NCBI GenBank assembly: GCA_963663035.1
Contig: OY760074.1
Coordinates: forward strand, 2,240,001 to 2,304,000
Source of the DNA: Acidobacteriota bacterium
Lineage (GTDB): Bacteria > Acidobacteriota > UBA6911 > RPQK01 > JADFOI01
DNA: 64,000 bases
Direction of reading: 5' to 3'
Below the pieces are notes generated by a model, which saw only the letters and a program-made list of their open reading frames with translations, made no database searches and was not told the origin of the DNA. Every line of letters starts with the position of its first letter. Position 1 is the first letter of the stretch. Made by a program: the position numbers and the translations under genes. Of the stretch, positions 38,780 to 48,951 are shown one piece after another.

Positions 38780-40261
38780 CTAGTCACCCAGCAGGTCATG
38801 CCATTTCTTCTTGAGCTTCTCTTGAAGCTCGGGACTCGCCTCTGCCACGGGGGGGAAGACGTCCAGATACTCATAGGCCCGGCAAGCATCGATGATGGCA
38901 CGCGTGTTATAGGGCACCTTCTGATCGAAGGTCACGTTCTGGGGATCGCCTCTGGAACCCCAGGCTCGAGTGATGATTTCAATATCACGGGCTGGATCGG
39001 AGCGGGTCACCACGGCCCACATGACATTCTGAAGATCGGAGGGGTCGATGTCATCATCCACCACGATCACATAGCGGCCAAGATAGGCTCCGACATGGCA
39101 CTGGGAAGCCACCAACCCAGCCTGGCGGGCATGACCCTGATAGCCCTGTTTGATGGAGACCACCAGCAGCATGCGTGCTCCACCCACCTCATCGGCCCAG
39201 CAGCCGACCACTCCAGGAACTCCAGCCTTCTCCAGCGCTTCGTGGAGCAGAGCGGAACGCATGATGGTCTTGGAGTATGAGTAATCGTGGGGCGGGCGAG
39301 CGGGAGGCGTCCCTAAAAGAATGGGGTCGTTACGATAGTACACGCGTTCCACCTCCAGCACCGGCACTCCCTTTTCGCTGCCGGAGTAATAGCCGTGGAA
39401 CTCACCTAAGGGACCTTCCATCTTGAAATTACCAGGCTGACACCAGCCTTCCAGCACCAACTCCGATGCGGCAGGCATGGGCAGACCCGTGACTTCGCCC
39501 TTGATGACCTGCACCGGCTCACCCAAGACAGCGCCCACATAGTTGTACTCGGACAGTCCGTAGGTCACCTCCAGACCAGCGAACAGGAATAGAAGCGGAT
39601 GGTGGCCAAGAGAGACTACCACGGGAAAAGGCTTCCCGGCGTTGAAGTAGCGATCAATCTGCTGGCGTCCGTGCTTACCGGCCACCATGTTGAGAGCACA
39701 GGTGCGCTCATCGTGCACCATCATGCGATAGGCACCCAGGTTGATCCACTCCGAATCCAGATCCTGGGTGACCACCACACTGCCAGTGCCAATGTACCGT
39801 CCTCCGTCCTTCTCATGCCACTTGGGCACGGGAAAATCCAAAAGGTTGATCTCTTTTCCGGCTATGACGTTCTCAAGGACCGGCCCATCCTCCACATACT
39901 GCGGAGGAAATTCGACGGACAAGGCTTCCCATTGCGGGGGCTTACCTCGCAGAGCCTGAACCAGCTCCGCACTGCTGAGATGAGTGGGAAACCCCAGTGT
40001 CGCGGCCAGGCGCGCTGGGCTGCCCGTGCTGCCCGTCAGCACCCGATAGCCGGAGGGGTAATCGACGATGTCGTCGAAGAGCAGAGAGGAGCCGCGCTGG
40101 CGATTGTTGATCTCGGTGATGCCGCCCAGTTCCAGATCCCAGTGGGCACCGCTGACGTGTTTGAGCTCACCGAACTGCTCGACGGTGGACAGCCAGCTGC
40201 GCAAATCCCAGGTGTTCGACAGGGATGTGGTCTCGGGAACAGCGCTTACTTTCTCAGCCAT
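38780..40261 (-). CDS. UbiD-family decarboxylase (second, divergent paralog)
   Basis: DLRSWL, DGGRYIGT, GAYR, EGPLGEFHGYY and VDDDID motifs. Confidence 0.92.
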   Translation of the reverse strand: MAEKVSAVPETTSLSNTWDLRSWLSTVEQFGELKHVSGAHWDLELGGITEINNRQRGSSLLFDDIVDYPSGYRVLTGSTGSPARLAATLGFPTHLSSAELVQALRGKPPQWEALSVEFPPQYVEDGPVLENVIAGKEINLLDFPVPKWHEKDGGRYIGTGSVVVTQDLDSEWINLGAYRMMVHDERTCALNMVAGKHGRQQIDRYFNAGKPFPVVVSLGHHPLLFLFAGLEVTYGLSEYNYVGAVLGEPVQVIKGEVTGLPMPAASELVLEGWCQPGNFKMEGPLGEFHGYYSGSEKGVPVLEVERVYYRNDPILLGTPPARPPHDYSYSKTIMRSALLHEALEKAGVPGVVGCWADEVGGARMLLVVSIKQGYQGHARQAGLVASQCHVGAYLGRYVIVVDDDIDPSDLQNVMWAVVTRSDPARDIEIITRAWGSRGDPQNVTFDQKVPYNTRAIIDACRAYEYLDVFPPVAEASPELQEKLKKKWHDLLGD

Positions 40262-40278
40262 TTTCCTTCGCGGCCCAA

Positions 40279-40920
40279 TTACTCTTGCCAATCGATTTGT
40301 TTGTAATAAGCGCGGCGTCTTTCCTCTTCCTCCCAGGTCAGGGGCCCCTGGAATCCGGCTACATCCCAGCCAGTCTTCAGCCGCTTCGTGTTGGGGTTGG
40401 TAATCTGGTGGGTGTCCCCAGACGACAAAACGGGAACATCATCGGCATCTCTGGCAATCCTGTGCTCAGGATAGTTCTGATAGTAGACCGACAGCACCCG
40501 AACCCGCGAGAGCCGATAGATGCTCTGAAGTTTGCTCAACAGCTGCTCATCGGCGATCCTGCTCCCCTCAATGATCAGTCGCAGATAATCGGCCCGCTCC
40601 GATTCGCTCAGTTGAAGAAAGGTCCTGTTCCCAAAAAAAGGAGTCGAACTAGTGTTGAATAGAGCCAGATCCTCATCGGAGATGCCGGTTAACCCTTTCA
40701 TCACTTCCGCCGTGATGTTGTACGGCTCGAGGCTTTTGTAGCCGGGATCGTTGGGCTCAGTGGGAATGAGTGTATCCCCCAGGGCCGCAAAGACGGTTGT
40801 GCGGTCCACTGTAGTCGCTACTGGCACTTGTGCTGCTGCAGCCGCCACAGTGGGAATGGCAGCTGCTCCCATGCCCGTCGTTTTCAGGAAATCTCTTCTG
40901 GATACATCCTTCTTGCCCAT
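40279..40920 (-). CDS. Tat-exported small subunit (gluconate-2-dehydrogenase gamma-like)
   Basis: SRRDFLK signal, DTLIP motif, and position beside a GMC flavoprotein. Confidence 0.65.
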   Translation of the reverse strand: MGKKDVSRRDFLKTTGMGAAAIPTVAAAAAQVPVATTVDRTTVFAALGDTLIPTEPNDPGYKSLEPYNITAEVMKGLTGISDEDLALFNTSSTPFFGNRTFLQLSESERADYLRLIIEGSRIADEQLLSKLQSIYRLSRVRVLSVYYQNYPEHRIARDADDVPVLSSGDTHQITNPNTKRLKTGWDVAGFQGPLTWEEEERRRAYYKQIDWQE

Positions 40921-40922
40921 AC

Positions 40923-41570
40923 CTATTCCCTCCAATCGATCTTTTCAACTATTGCCCTGCGGCGTTGCTCTTCTTCCCAGGTCAGTGGCCCCATGAATCC
41001 GCTAGCATCCCATCCCGTGACCAGCCCCTTGGTATTTGGATTGGTAATCTGGTGGGTGTCGCCTGGGAGAAGAATGGGGACTCCTTTGTCATCGCGCGGA
41101 AGTACGTGCTCGGGATAGTTGCTGTAATAAACCTGGAAGATTTTTTGTCGGACTCTCCTTAAGGTCTGCTGGAGTTTCTCCCCTGTCTCCTTGTCCTCAA
41201 ATTGATCCCCTGAGAAAACGGCATCAAAATAGCTGGCTCGTTCTGATTGATTCAACTGCAGAAAACTCTTCCTCGAGAACATCTCTCCCGCCTGACCGTC
41301 AAACAGCACCAACTCTTCATCGCTCACCTGCAGCTCCTTCAACACTTCAACCGTAATGTTGTAGGGCTCCAATGTCTGGTATCCAGGATCCCCGGGATCG
41401 CTGGGAATCAGGGTATCCCCAATGGCAGCCACCACGGCAGTCCGATCCAGATCCAGGGCGGCCGGTGGGGTCTGGCAAGACTGCAAACTCACCAGAGCCA
41501 CAGCCGTTGCCGTGGCCCCCGAGCCCGATTTCTTTAAGAAATCTCTCCTGGAGACCTTTCGCTTTGACAT
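40923..41570 (-). CDS. Tat-exported small subunit paralog, possibly a lipoprotein
   Basis: SRRDFLK and LQSC. It shares LEPYNIT.EV, NYPEH, GDTHQITNPNTK and GPLTWEEE with its neighbour. Confidence 0.65.
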   Translation of the reverse strand: MSKRKVSRRDFLKKSGSGATATAVALVSLQSCQTPPAALDLDRTAVVAAIGDTLIPSDPGDPGYQTLEPYNITVEVLKELQVSDEELVLFDGQAGEMFSRKSFLQLNQSERASYFDAVFSGDQFEDKETGEKLQQTLRRVRQKIFQVYYSNYPEHVLPRDDKGVPILLPGDTHQITNPNTKGLVTGWDASGFMGPLTWEEEQRRRAIVEKIDWRE

Positions 41571-41594
41571 GTCAACTCTACCTTTCATAGCCGC

Positions 41595-43112
41595 CTAACC
41601 TTTGAAGTGACGCTCGATCATGCGGCCTGCCGCAAAGACTGTTACGGATGCCTGTGGCGTGCCGGTGTTTCCAGTGGTCACTCGAGGAATCACGCTCCCA
41701 TCACAAATGAGCAGATTGTCCACATCGTGTGACTCAAAGTATGGGTTGACCACAGACGTCTTGGGGTCGATTCCCGCCCGGCAGGAACCCACCTTGTGCG
41801 AACCGCCGGTTCTGGGTGAGAGGTTTTCGGGGATTTGACCTGATGTGATCTTACTGGCTCCCATCTGCTCCAGAACATCGCGGGCAATCTCAATTCCCTC
41901 TTTAGCCCGTCTGAGGGTCAGGCTGTGGTCACCGCCATAGAGAAGTTGTCCATCCGGGTCGATGTACCAGCGTCCGGTGGCCTTGCTCACACTCGCGGAA
42001 AGGGATCCTGTGCGGAGGACTCCTTTTTCGCGCATATACTGCTTGTGCTCTCGGCCATAGAGCGGCGCATAAGTGTTGAGGGCCGCCGAAGCGGGCATGC
42101 GGTAATTCCCAAACCCGGCCCGGAACAGAAGCCTCCCTTCGCCATCCGTCTGGTCGTCGTGAATCATGTAGTAGCCGCCGATATTTCCCAACTCTCCATC
42201 TCCCAGCGGCTCATCGAATAGTGCGCTGACACCCCCCCCCGCGCGAGGATGCCCATCGATGTGTTTTCCGATGTTGGAATTCTCCACGATGATTGGATTC
42301 CCTTTCCATTCCCGGGGCCCATAGCCAGAGCGCATCAACAGCAGTGGGGTATTCATGTATCCGCCTGAGACGATGATTTTATCGGCCGCAATTTCGTAGT
42401 CAGTGCCCCCTGTCCTACAGTGGAGGCTGCGCGCAATCCCCCGCTCCCCGTTGGCATCGATCTGGATCTTCTCCACATAGGTGTCTGGAATAATTTCCAC
42501 TCCGTGTTTCTCGGCCACCGGGATATAGGTCACCACAGTGCTGGAGCGCGAATCGTATTTGCACATCATGGGGCTGCTGCAGAAGCCGCAATAGATACAA
42601 TTCCGACGGGCTCCCTCCTGACGCTGCGGATCATAGCCCATCTTGCTGGCCACATCATAAAAGAGCCGGTTGCCTTGAGTGTCGATCTGGTCAGGATATT
42701 TATGGACGTTGAATTCGCGGCGGATTTCAGCCACTGCACCGCGAAGCTTGTCTTCGCTCCAGTCCACCCCGGTCTCCTGTTGCCAGTGCAGATAATCGGC
42801 AGGAAAAGGGAGAAAGGCCTGGGCACCCCAGTGGAGCGAACTTCCGCCCACGATTTTGGCCAGACTCCGATCATTGTTCCAGAGGTAGGTCCCAGCATAG
42901 CCGTCCTCCAGATTGGTAAACATTTGGCGCCGCAGGGGAGAACCGTAGCCGGGTCGAGGGGCACCCTTAAAGTAGGGTCCAGCCTCAATCAGTGCGACCG
43001 TAAGTCGATCTCCCGTTTGGGGATTGACTCCTTTTTCTGCGATTTTAGCGGCCAGAATGGGTCCGGAGAATCCGGCACCCACAATCGCCACATCGTACTT
43101 GGCCTCAGGCAT
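41595..43112 (-). CDS. GMC-family FAD oxidoreductase with a Cys cluster
   Basis: GAGFSG, GGSS, CIYCGFC....C, H.VG.CR and DGS.IP.....N motifs. Confidence 0.88.
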   Translation of the reverse strand: MPEAKYDVAIVGAGFSGPILAAKIAEKGVNPQTGDRLTVALIEAGPYFKGAPRPGYGSPLRRQMFTNLEDGYAGTYLWNNDRSLAKIVGGSSLHWGAQAFLPFPADYLHWQQETGVDWSEDKLRGAVAEIRREFNVHKYPDQIDTQGNRLFYDVASKMGYDPQRQEGARRNCIYCGFCSSPMMCKYDSRSSTVVTYIPVAEKHGVEIIPDTYVEKIQIDANGERGIARSLHCRTGGTDYEIAADKIIVSGGYMNTPLLLMRSGYGPREWKGNPIIVENSNIGKHIDGHPRAGGGVSALFDEPLGDGELGNIGGYYMIHDDQTDGEGRLLFRAGFGNYRMPASAALNTYAPLYGREHKQYMREKGVLRTGSLSASVSKATGRWYIDPDGQLLYGGDHSLTLRRAKEGIEIARDVLEQMGASKITSGQIPENLSPRTGGSHKVGSCRAGIDPKTSVVNPYFESHDVDNLLICDGSVIPRVTTGNTGTPQASVTVFAAGRMIERHFKG

Positions 43113-43160
43113 GGCAAACCTTCTTGTCTGTTAGAGAATCAGCCAATGTTAGTTTCCTTG

Positions 43161-43913
43161 TCACACTACACTGGCCAGGACGGCCTCAGACCACTCTGGG
43201 AAAAGGTCCTCGGACAAACCCAGGATGTAGTCAATGATCTCTTTGGAGGAGACCACGTTGGCATATTTTTGGTTCATATCAAAGAGGTTGATAGCATGAG
43301 AAGCCTGTCCTCGATCGAAGGTACAGTCTTCAATCACCGCAACACGATAGTTGTGAGAGAAGGCGTCGATCACAGTGCTTCGAACACAACCACTGGTGGT
43401 GGTGCCGCAACACAGGAGTTGATCGACACCGAGGGTGATCAGGTACTGTAAAAGAGGTGTACCGAAAAAAGCGCTCGGCTTCTTCTTGCGAATGCACACT
43501 TCCCCGGGCTTGGGTGCAATCAAGTCGGGAATGTCATTGGCCTGGAGCCTTGTCTCCTGTGACCTTCCTCGCCACTGATCCACGCGCTTGTTCTTGACGC
43601 CCCAGGAGTGTTTATCCAGGAAGGGATGTTGCTGATCGCCGGTGGTGTAGAGAATGGGTAGACATTTTCTCCGCGCTGCATCAAGCACCGGAACCAGCTT
43701 CTCCATCGCCTGCCAACCTTCCTCACCACAGCTGTTGGGAAACTTAAGGATAGAATCTAGGATTTCCTCTGCACGGTCGCCCACGAAGCCAAAGTTGACA
43801 TCGATGATAAGCAGCGCGGGCCGACCCTTCAGATCGGCCTCGCGCCCATACCCGGCAGCCTCAAAAACCTTCTTGTCTCTATCCGTCAGGAAGACGTCCC
43901 AAATCCTTGACAT
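43161..43913 (-). CDS. Isochorismatase-family cysteine hydrolase (maleamate amidase-like)
   Basis: D-K-C triad in IIDV, K..PSAFFGT and TTSGCVR. Confidence 0.88.
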   Translation of the reverse strand: MSRIWDVFLTDRDKKVFEAAGYGREADLKGRPALLIIDVNFGFVGDRAEEILDSILKFPNSCGEEGWQAMEKLVPVLDAARRKCLPILYTTGDQQHPFLDKHSWGVKNKRVDQWRGRSQETRLQANDIPDLIAPKPGEVCIRKKKPSAFFGTPLLQYLITLGVDQLLCCGTTTSGCVRSTVIDAFSHNYRVAVIEDCTFDRGQASHAINLFDMNQKYANVVSSKEIIDYILGLSEDLFPEWSEAVLASVV

Positions 43914-43938
43914 CCTGGACCTCCCCTCCGGTTAATTC

Positions 43939-45297
43939 CTATTCGTTTTCATAGGGAGGAAAGATTACCCGTCCACCCGGTGTCTCAAATTCGGGAATCC
44001 AATCCTCCCGCAACAGTTCGTCCGGATTCCCATACTTGGCGGCGGCCCGTCGTACTTCCGGATCATCCAGCACGGTGAGATGTCCACGATCCACCAGCGG
44101 TTGGCCATCAACTTCGAAGGTCACATAGTAGAAAAAGTTCATATCGCGATGGTTGGACGGAAGGGTGGGTGTCTCATCGACAACGCGGTTGAAGCGATCC
44201 GTTCCAAAGGCCATATGCAGCATACCAGTGCGTCTTCGAATCGGGCCGGCGGGACCAATTTTGGGATTCGTTCCCAAGGCAATCTCTTCCATCCATCCGA
44301 TGCCGGGCCCAGGATAGTAGCCGGGAAACTGGATGTTCTTGAAGCGCTCCAGAGCCGTTTTGATGTTTTCTCCTGCCACTCCGCCGCCTTCAACACGATT
44401 CACCGCTCCATTTTCCACATACAATCTGACGGTGGGAATCAAACCGGTTTGAGAGGTCACCATGACACCTTCCGCATCAGGATTGGCTGTCAGATAGGGC
44501 TCGGTGTCAGGATGAACCTCATGAGCGATTGGCCGATCCAGGGCATGTTCGCCATAAGTGGACATCCCGCGAGTCTCCTTAAAGCGCTCACGGTTGGTAT
44601 CGTCCAGGGTAAAGGTCAGATCCGTCCCGAGTGGATCGGTGACGTGAATCGTTTTACCATAGATATACCTCTGCCAGGTCTTGATGGCGATCATTTCCAG
44701 CAATTCATCGGGGTAGCTCACGGCCGGCGAAGCAAATGCTTCAGCCCTTGACCAATCGATGCTGGAGGAACGAACATTCAACTCCTGGCCGATCTGCCCG
44801 TAGTGGGTTCCTCGTGCTTGAAAACCCAGAACCATGTCGTAATCTTCGATCATGGTGGCAAGCCAACTGGGCACCACTCGGGCAATGATACCCCGAACAG
44901 CCATATAGTTGGTCGGATCAAAGTTATCGTAGTCTAGGATTTCACGGCGCTCCCGACTCAGCGTAGCACCGATATTTCTCGAAATGACATCAGTGGTCAC
45001 TCCCATTTCCTGGGCCGCAATCGCCAGTGCCTGAACCACCAGCCGGTCCATTCCACCAGCCGAGATGAGGAGTTTTTCTCCGTCCTTGAGGCCCAATCCG
45101 TATTGGGCACCAATCAACCAACTCCAGGGGCGGCGGACCAAAATTCGCGCGTTGGGTAACAATTGCTCCACGTTTGTCACTCGGTACCGTTTGGGGGATC
45201 GAGGAGCCTCCAAATCTGAACTCTGCGCGGCCAGCTCGCCGAAACAGAGCACCGCAGTAAACAGCACAACTGCCATTGCTGAAAAAAGCCTTTTCAT
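43939..45297 (-). CDS. Exported M29-aminopeptidase/NicX-like fold protein
   Basis: Signal peptide, VTDP.GTDLTF and EIALGTNP...G..H.AFG...HRD motifs. Confidence 0.55.
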   Translation of the reverse strand: MKRLFSAMAVVLFTAVLCFGELAAQSSDLEAPRSPKRYRVTNVEQLLPNARILVRRPWSWLIGAQYGLGLKDGEKLLISAGGMDRLVVQALAIAAQEMGVTTDVISRNIGATLSRERREILDYDNFDPTNYMAVRGIIARVVPSWLATMIEDYDMVLGFQARGTHYGQIGQELNVRSSSIDWSRAEAFASPAVSYPDELLEMIAIKTWQRYIYGKTIHVTDPLGTDLTFTLDDTNRERFKETRGMSTYGEHALDRPIAHEVHPDTEPYLTANPDAEGVMVTSQTGLIPTVRLYVENGAVNRVEGGGVAGENIKTALERFKNIQFPGYYPGPGIGWMEEIALGTNPKIGPAGPIRRRTGMLHMAFGTDRFNRVVDETPTLPSNHRDMNFFYYVTFEVDGQPLVDRGHLTVLDDPEVRRAAAKYGNPDELLREDWIPEFETPGGRVIFPPYENE

Positions 45298-45390
45298 GAC
45301 ACTTCCTCCCATGTACTTATTCTAATGTTGGATCATCCTACTTTCTCTGGACAATCGACGCAAGGACTCTTTTTCCTTGATTTACCGGCA

Positions 45391-47724
45391 TCATCTCTCT
45401 CCAAGAGAGGGAATCCAATCCTCTTGAAGCAACTCTTCCACTGATCCAAGTTGCTCAGCCAATTCCTGGACCTCTGCATCATCCAGAGCTGTGAGATGGC
45501 CCAGGTCAATGAGGATCCTTGGCCCACCTGCGTTCAGGAGGCCGAAGTACATAGCGAGGGGAAGACGTCCCTCGTTTTCGGCCCAGGGCCCCAGCGAAAC
45601 AGAAACAACCCCGGATCGCTGGGTGGCTGCATAGTAAGACCACAACAGAGAAGAAAATCCGCTCACTGCAGCCGGGAGAGGAAAAGCCTTCGGGTTCACC
45701 CCGAAGCTCACCTCAAGAAATCCTCCCTGGGCAGTCGCCGTCCTGACAGCATTCGCGAGCCGGGCGCTTGCATCCAATTCCACGACCTGGCTCTGACCGA
45801 TGTGAATCTCTGTGCGTGGCACCCTCCCCGAGAAGATGTTGGAGGTCACGATGATTCCCTCCACACCCCTGTCCTTGGGAACCATCCGGAAGCGGATGTT
45901 GCCGGGAAATACGGACCAGTTCCTGGCAAAGGGACTTCGCACCACGTCGTAATCGAAAATCAGGCTGGTTCCGATGTTGTTGGACAGAATGATGGTGCTT
46001 TCTGCTTGCAGTTCTTCCTCCACTTTCCGCCCGATGAGCTCCAGAAGTTGGGGAGGGTAGGTGGCCCATTTTGAGGTGAGCAATTCGGGAATAGCGACTA
46101 CCCCAACCCAACGGGTACGGATACTTTCCAGCCAGGAGTCCATGTCCTGACCGTCTATGGTGAGTTGGGGGAGATGAAAATAGGATAGAGAGAGAACGCA
46201 ATCGGCCTCTTCGATGGCCTGTTTCAGCTCTGCGGAAAAGTTTCTCGCGACTGCCTGTTGAAGAAGGGAAAGAGCTTCCGTGTCTGGCTCAGGCACCTGT
46301 GTGCTGATCGTTCTCACCTGAGCGTCGGTTTCTGCAAGCGCTGCCTCCAGCCCTTCCAAACTCAGCAGCGGGACCGAATCGTCGGTGATGATCAGCACCT
46401 TTTCATCCCCGCTAATTCCAGCCACATCCTGGATGAGAAGTTCCAGAGCTGGCAAAAGAGGATCGACTGTCGTGATGGGCTCAATGGTGGGGGCTCTGGA
46501 TTCCGGAAAAGTTCCCGGTAAAACTGTGCACTGGACCACCAGGAGCTCCGTTCCTCCCAGCGCTTCCGCCAGTTGGAGCACCTCAGGGTCTCTGAGGGCC
46601 ATAGGGTAGCCCTCCCGGAAAACCTCTTCGCCGTCTGCCCAGACCGAAGGAAAGTAGACCTGAAGAAAGAAAGACTGTGATGGATCCTCGCCCCAGAAAC
46701 CCATACGCATAGCACCCGCTCTCCCGGCGCTGGACAACTGATTGTGGAGCGCGGCGGAACCTGTCAAGGGCTTGGGAAGACGCACCGATCTGGGATGCAG
46801 GGCCCAACCGACCGTGTGTAGTTGGAAGGACTCCCGATCCTGTAATTTCAGCAGCTCTCCAATTTCTCCGCCTCCCTGAAGCGAAACCATGCGGCCAGCT
46901 TCTATGCCCATTCGCAGCAGAGGCATGAATCCGGTGGAGATGGAGTGACTGACAACCGATCCACGCATGTCCTCGCCGGGTGTGACCTGGACCCAGGCGT
47001 TGTAGGGAAAGGCAAGGGAAGGAGCCGGTGGAGAATGGGTGACGTTCCCGGGCGTAAAGGTGAGAGCTGTGCCAGCAGGATCCGTGACCCGGATGGTCTT
47101 TGCCTGACCGAGTTGCAGCGCAATTTTTTCGGCTAGCAAATCAATGATCTCAGGGGGGTAAAAAGCCCCCGGGGCAGCCAGCAGCTCGGGAACAGCCGTC
47201 ACCGAAATGAAACGGAGCTGGCCGCTCTCAATTTGTCCGGAAAGGAGCGGCTCCTTCAGAAATTCAGGATTGATATAAGCGAGAGCCAAGACCACATCAG
47301 CTGTGCGGACTTCATCCCATGTCTCTTGCGGCCACCAGTCTCTCCAGTGCTGTTCCTGTAAGAGTGTGACCGTGTCTGAAGTGGGTGAAAGAGGGATAGA
47401 ATGCGTCCGGACCTCCGCCTTCTTCTCCAGAGCAGCCTGCTCAAAAACCTGTAGCAGCAGGGGATTGATGCTGGAATCTGAGAGGATTAAAACGTTGTCT
47501 CCGGGTACAACCAGGGCGACCTCACCGATCACCTTCCTGGCCGCTTGCAGCAATGGCTCTGGGCGAAACACCGGCTTGAGGGTAATCGGCTCGAGGTACT
47601 CGGGAAGAGAATACCCCCCTGGCATGGTTGGCAGTTGGGCCCAGACCGGCTCCGGCCCTTGTAAGATCAACGTACTCAAGGATAGAAAGAAAAGCGTTCT
47701 TTTAAAGATCAAAAGACAAGTCAC
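45391..47724 (-). CDS. Exported protein with two degenerate copies of the neighbouring fold
   Basis: Signal peptide and internal duplication. It shares VTDP.GT.LTF and GHLT.LDD.EV..LL.EDWIP with 43939-45297. Confidence 0.55.
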   Translation of the reverse strand: MTCLLIFKRTLFFLSLSTLILQGPEPVWAQLPTMPGGYSLPEYLEPITLKPVFRPEPLLQAARKVIGEVALVVPGDNVLILSDSSINPLLLQVFEQAALEKKAEVRTHSIPLSPTSDTVTLLQEQHWRDWWPQETWDEVRTADVVLALAYINPEFLKEPLLSGQIESGQLRFISVTAVPELLAAPGAFYPPEIIDLLAEKIALQLGQAKTIRVTDPAGTALTFTPGNVTHSPPAPSLAFPYNAWVQVTPGEDMRGSVVSHSISTGFMPLLRMGIEAGRMVSLQGGGEIGELLKLQDRESFQLHTVGWALHPRSVRLPKPLTGSAALHNQLSSAGRAGAMRMGFWGEDPSQSFFLQVYFPSVWADGEEVFREGYPMALRDPEVLQLAEALGGTELLVVQCTVLPGTFPESRAPTIEPITTVDPLLPALELLIQDVAGISGDEKVLIITDDSVPLLSLEGLEAALAETDAQVRTISTQVPEPDTEALSLLQQAVARNFSAELKQAIEEADCVLSLSYFHLPQLTIDGQDMDSWLESIRTRWVGVVAIPELLTSKWATYPPQLLELIGRKVEEELQAESTIILSNNIGTSLIFDYDVVRSPFARNWSVFPGNIRFRMVPKDRGVEGIIVTSNIFSGRVPRTEIHIGQSQVVELDASARLANAVRTATAQGGFLEVSFGVNPKAFPLPAAVSGFSSLLWSYYAATQRSGVVSVSLGPWAENEGRLPLAMYFGLLNAGGPRILIDLGHLTALDDAEVQELAEQLGSVEELLQEDWIPSLGER

Positions 47725-47841
47725 CCCAAGTTTTAGCCTTAATTTAGGAAGTTGAAAGCCCGAAGATTTTACAACTTTTTTCTCCCAGGATACAATCCTC
47801 CCACGATAGAAGTCTTAAACTGTTGATTAGGAGGCACATCG

Positions 47842-48897
47842 ATGGGGGATACCCTTCCAAAGCTCAAGGCGGCCGCAGTACAGGCGGCGCCCATACTGCT
47901 CGATCGTGAAGCAACCGTTGCCAAGGCCTGTCGGCTCATCGAGGAAGCCGGCGACTCTGGAGCAAAGGTGATCGGCTTTCCCGAGTGCTACATCCCAGGA
48001 CATCCCTATTGGTATGACTTCTACGTAGCAAACGATCCGATCTGTAGCTCCTTCAATCTGGAACTCTTCAAGAATGCTGTGGTCGCGCCAAGTCCCGCCA
48101 CCGAGGCACTGGGACAAGCGGCGCGGCGTGCCCAGGCTTATGTGGTGATGGGCATCGCCGAAAAGGACGCGGGCAGCTACGGCACCCTCTATAACACTCA
48201 GCTTTTCTTCGGGCCCGATGGCACTCTGCTGGGAAAGCATCGGAAACTTGTCCCCACCAGCTGGGAACGTCTGGTTCACACGGGTGGTGATGGGAGTACC
48301 TTGAACACATTTGACACTCCTTTTGGCGGACTCTCAGGTCTCATTTGCGGCGAGAACATCAATAGTCTGGCGCGTACCGCCCTGCTGCTGGAGGGCGAAG
48401 TGGTTCATGTAGCAAGCTGGCCAGCCTTCGCCACTCAGGGCTACGAACGCCAGTTCCACACCATGGATGTCCGAATGCGTTACTACGCTTTCGAAGGGCG
48501 CATCTTCGTCATTTCGGCGGCCTCCGTGTGGAGCGAAGAAATGAAAGATGTGCTTCAACTGGACTCCCACGCCCGCGCCCGCTTTATCGGCGATGGAGGT
48601 CATTCTGGAGTTCTCGATCCGATGGGCGACTACATCGCCGGTCCCCAGGACGAAGGTGAGACAATCCTTTACGCTGACCTGGATTTGGAGCAGGTCACAA
48701 AGGGCAAGCTACTGCATGACGTCACCGGCCATTACCAGCGCTTTGACGTTTTCTCTCTCCAGGTGAATCGACAGGCCTACGGGCCCAATCTCGTTGGGCC
48801 AGGAGCGGAAAAGCAAGTTGGGCCGCTGGAGGGCAGCCCGGAAAGCGAAGCGGACAGCGACGTGCTTGTGCATGACCCAGATCTCGTCCAGACTTAG
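47842..48897 (+). CDS. Nitrilase
   Basis: AAVQAAP, FPE, HRKL.PT..ER, ICGEN and D..GHY.R.DV motifs. Confidence 0.9.
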   Translation: MGDTLPKLKAAAVQAAPILLDREATVAKACRLIEEAGDSGAKVIGFPECYIPGHPYWYDFYVANDPICSSFNLELFKNAVVAPSPATEALGQAARRAQAYVVMGIAEKDAGSYGTLYNTQLFFGPDGTLLGKHRKLVPTSWERLVHTGGDGSTLNTFDTPFGGLSGLICGENINSLARTALLLEGEVVHVASWPAFATQGYERQFHTMDVRMRYYAFEGRIFVISAASVWSEEMKDVLQLDSHARARFIGDGGHSGVLDPMGDYIAGPQDEGETILYADLDLEQVTKGKLLHDVTGHYQRFDVFSLQVNRQAYGPNLVGPGAEKQVGPLEGSPESEADSDVLVHDPDLVQT

Positions 48898-48951
48898 TCG
48901 AGAGACCGCCCATCAGCCTAACCGGGCATTTCATCTGTTATACTTCCGTAA

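Noticed and set aside
42232-42240. C9 homopolymer in the GMC gene as a phase-variation tract
   Set aside because: It is in frame (Gly codons) and there is no evidence of variation from a single sequence.
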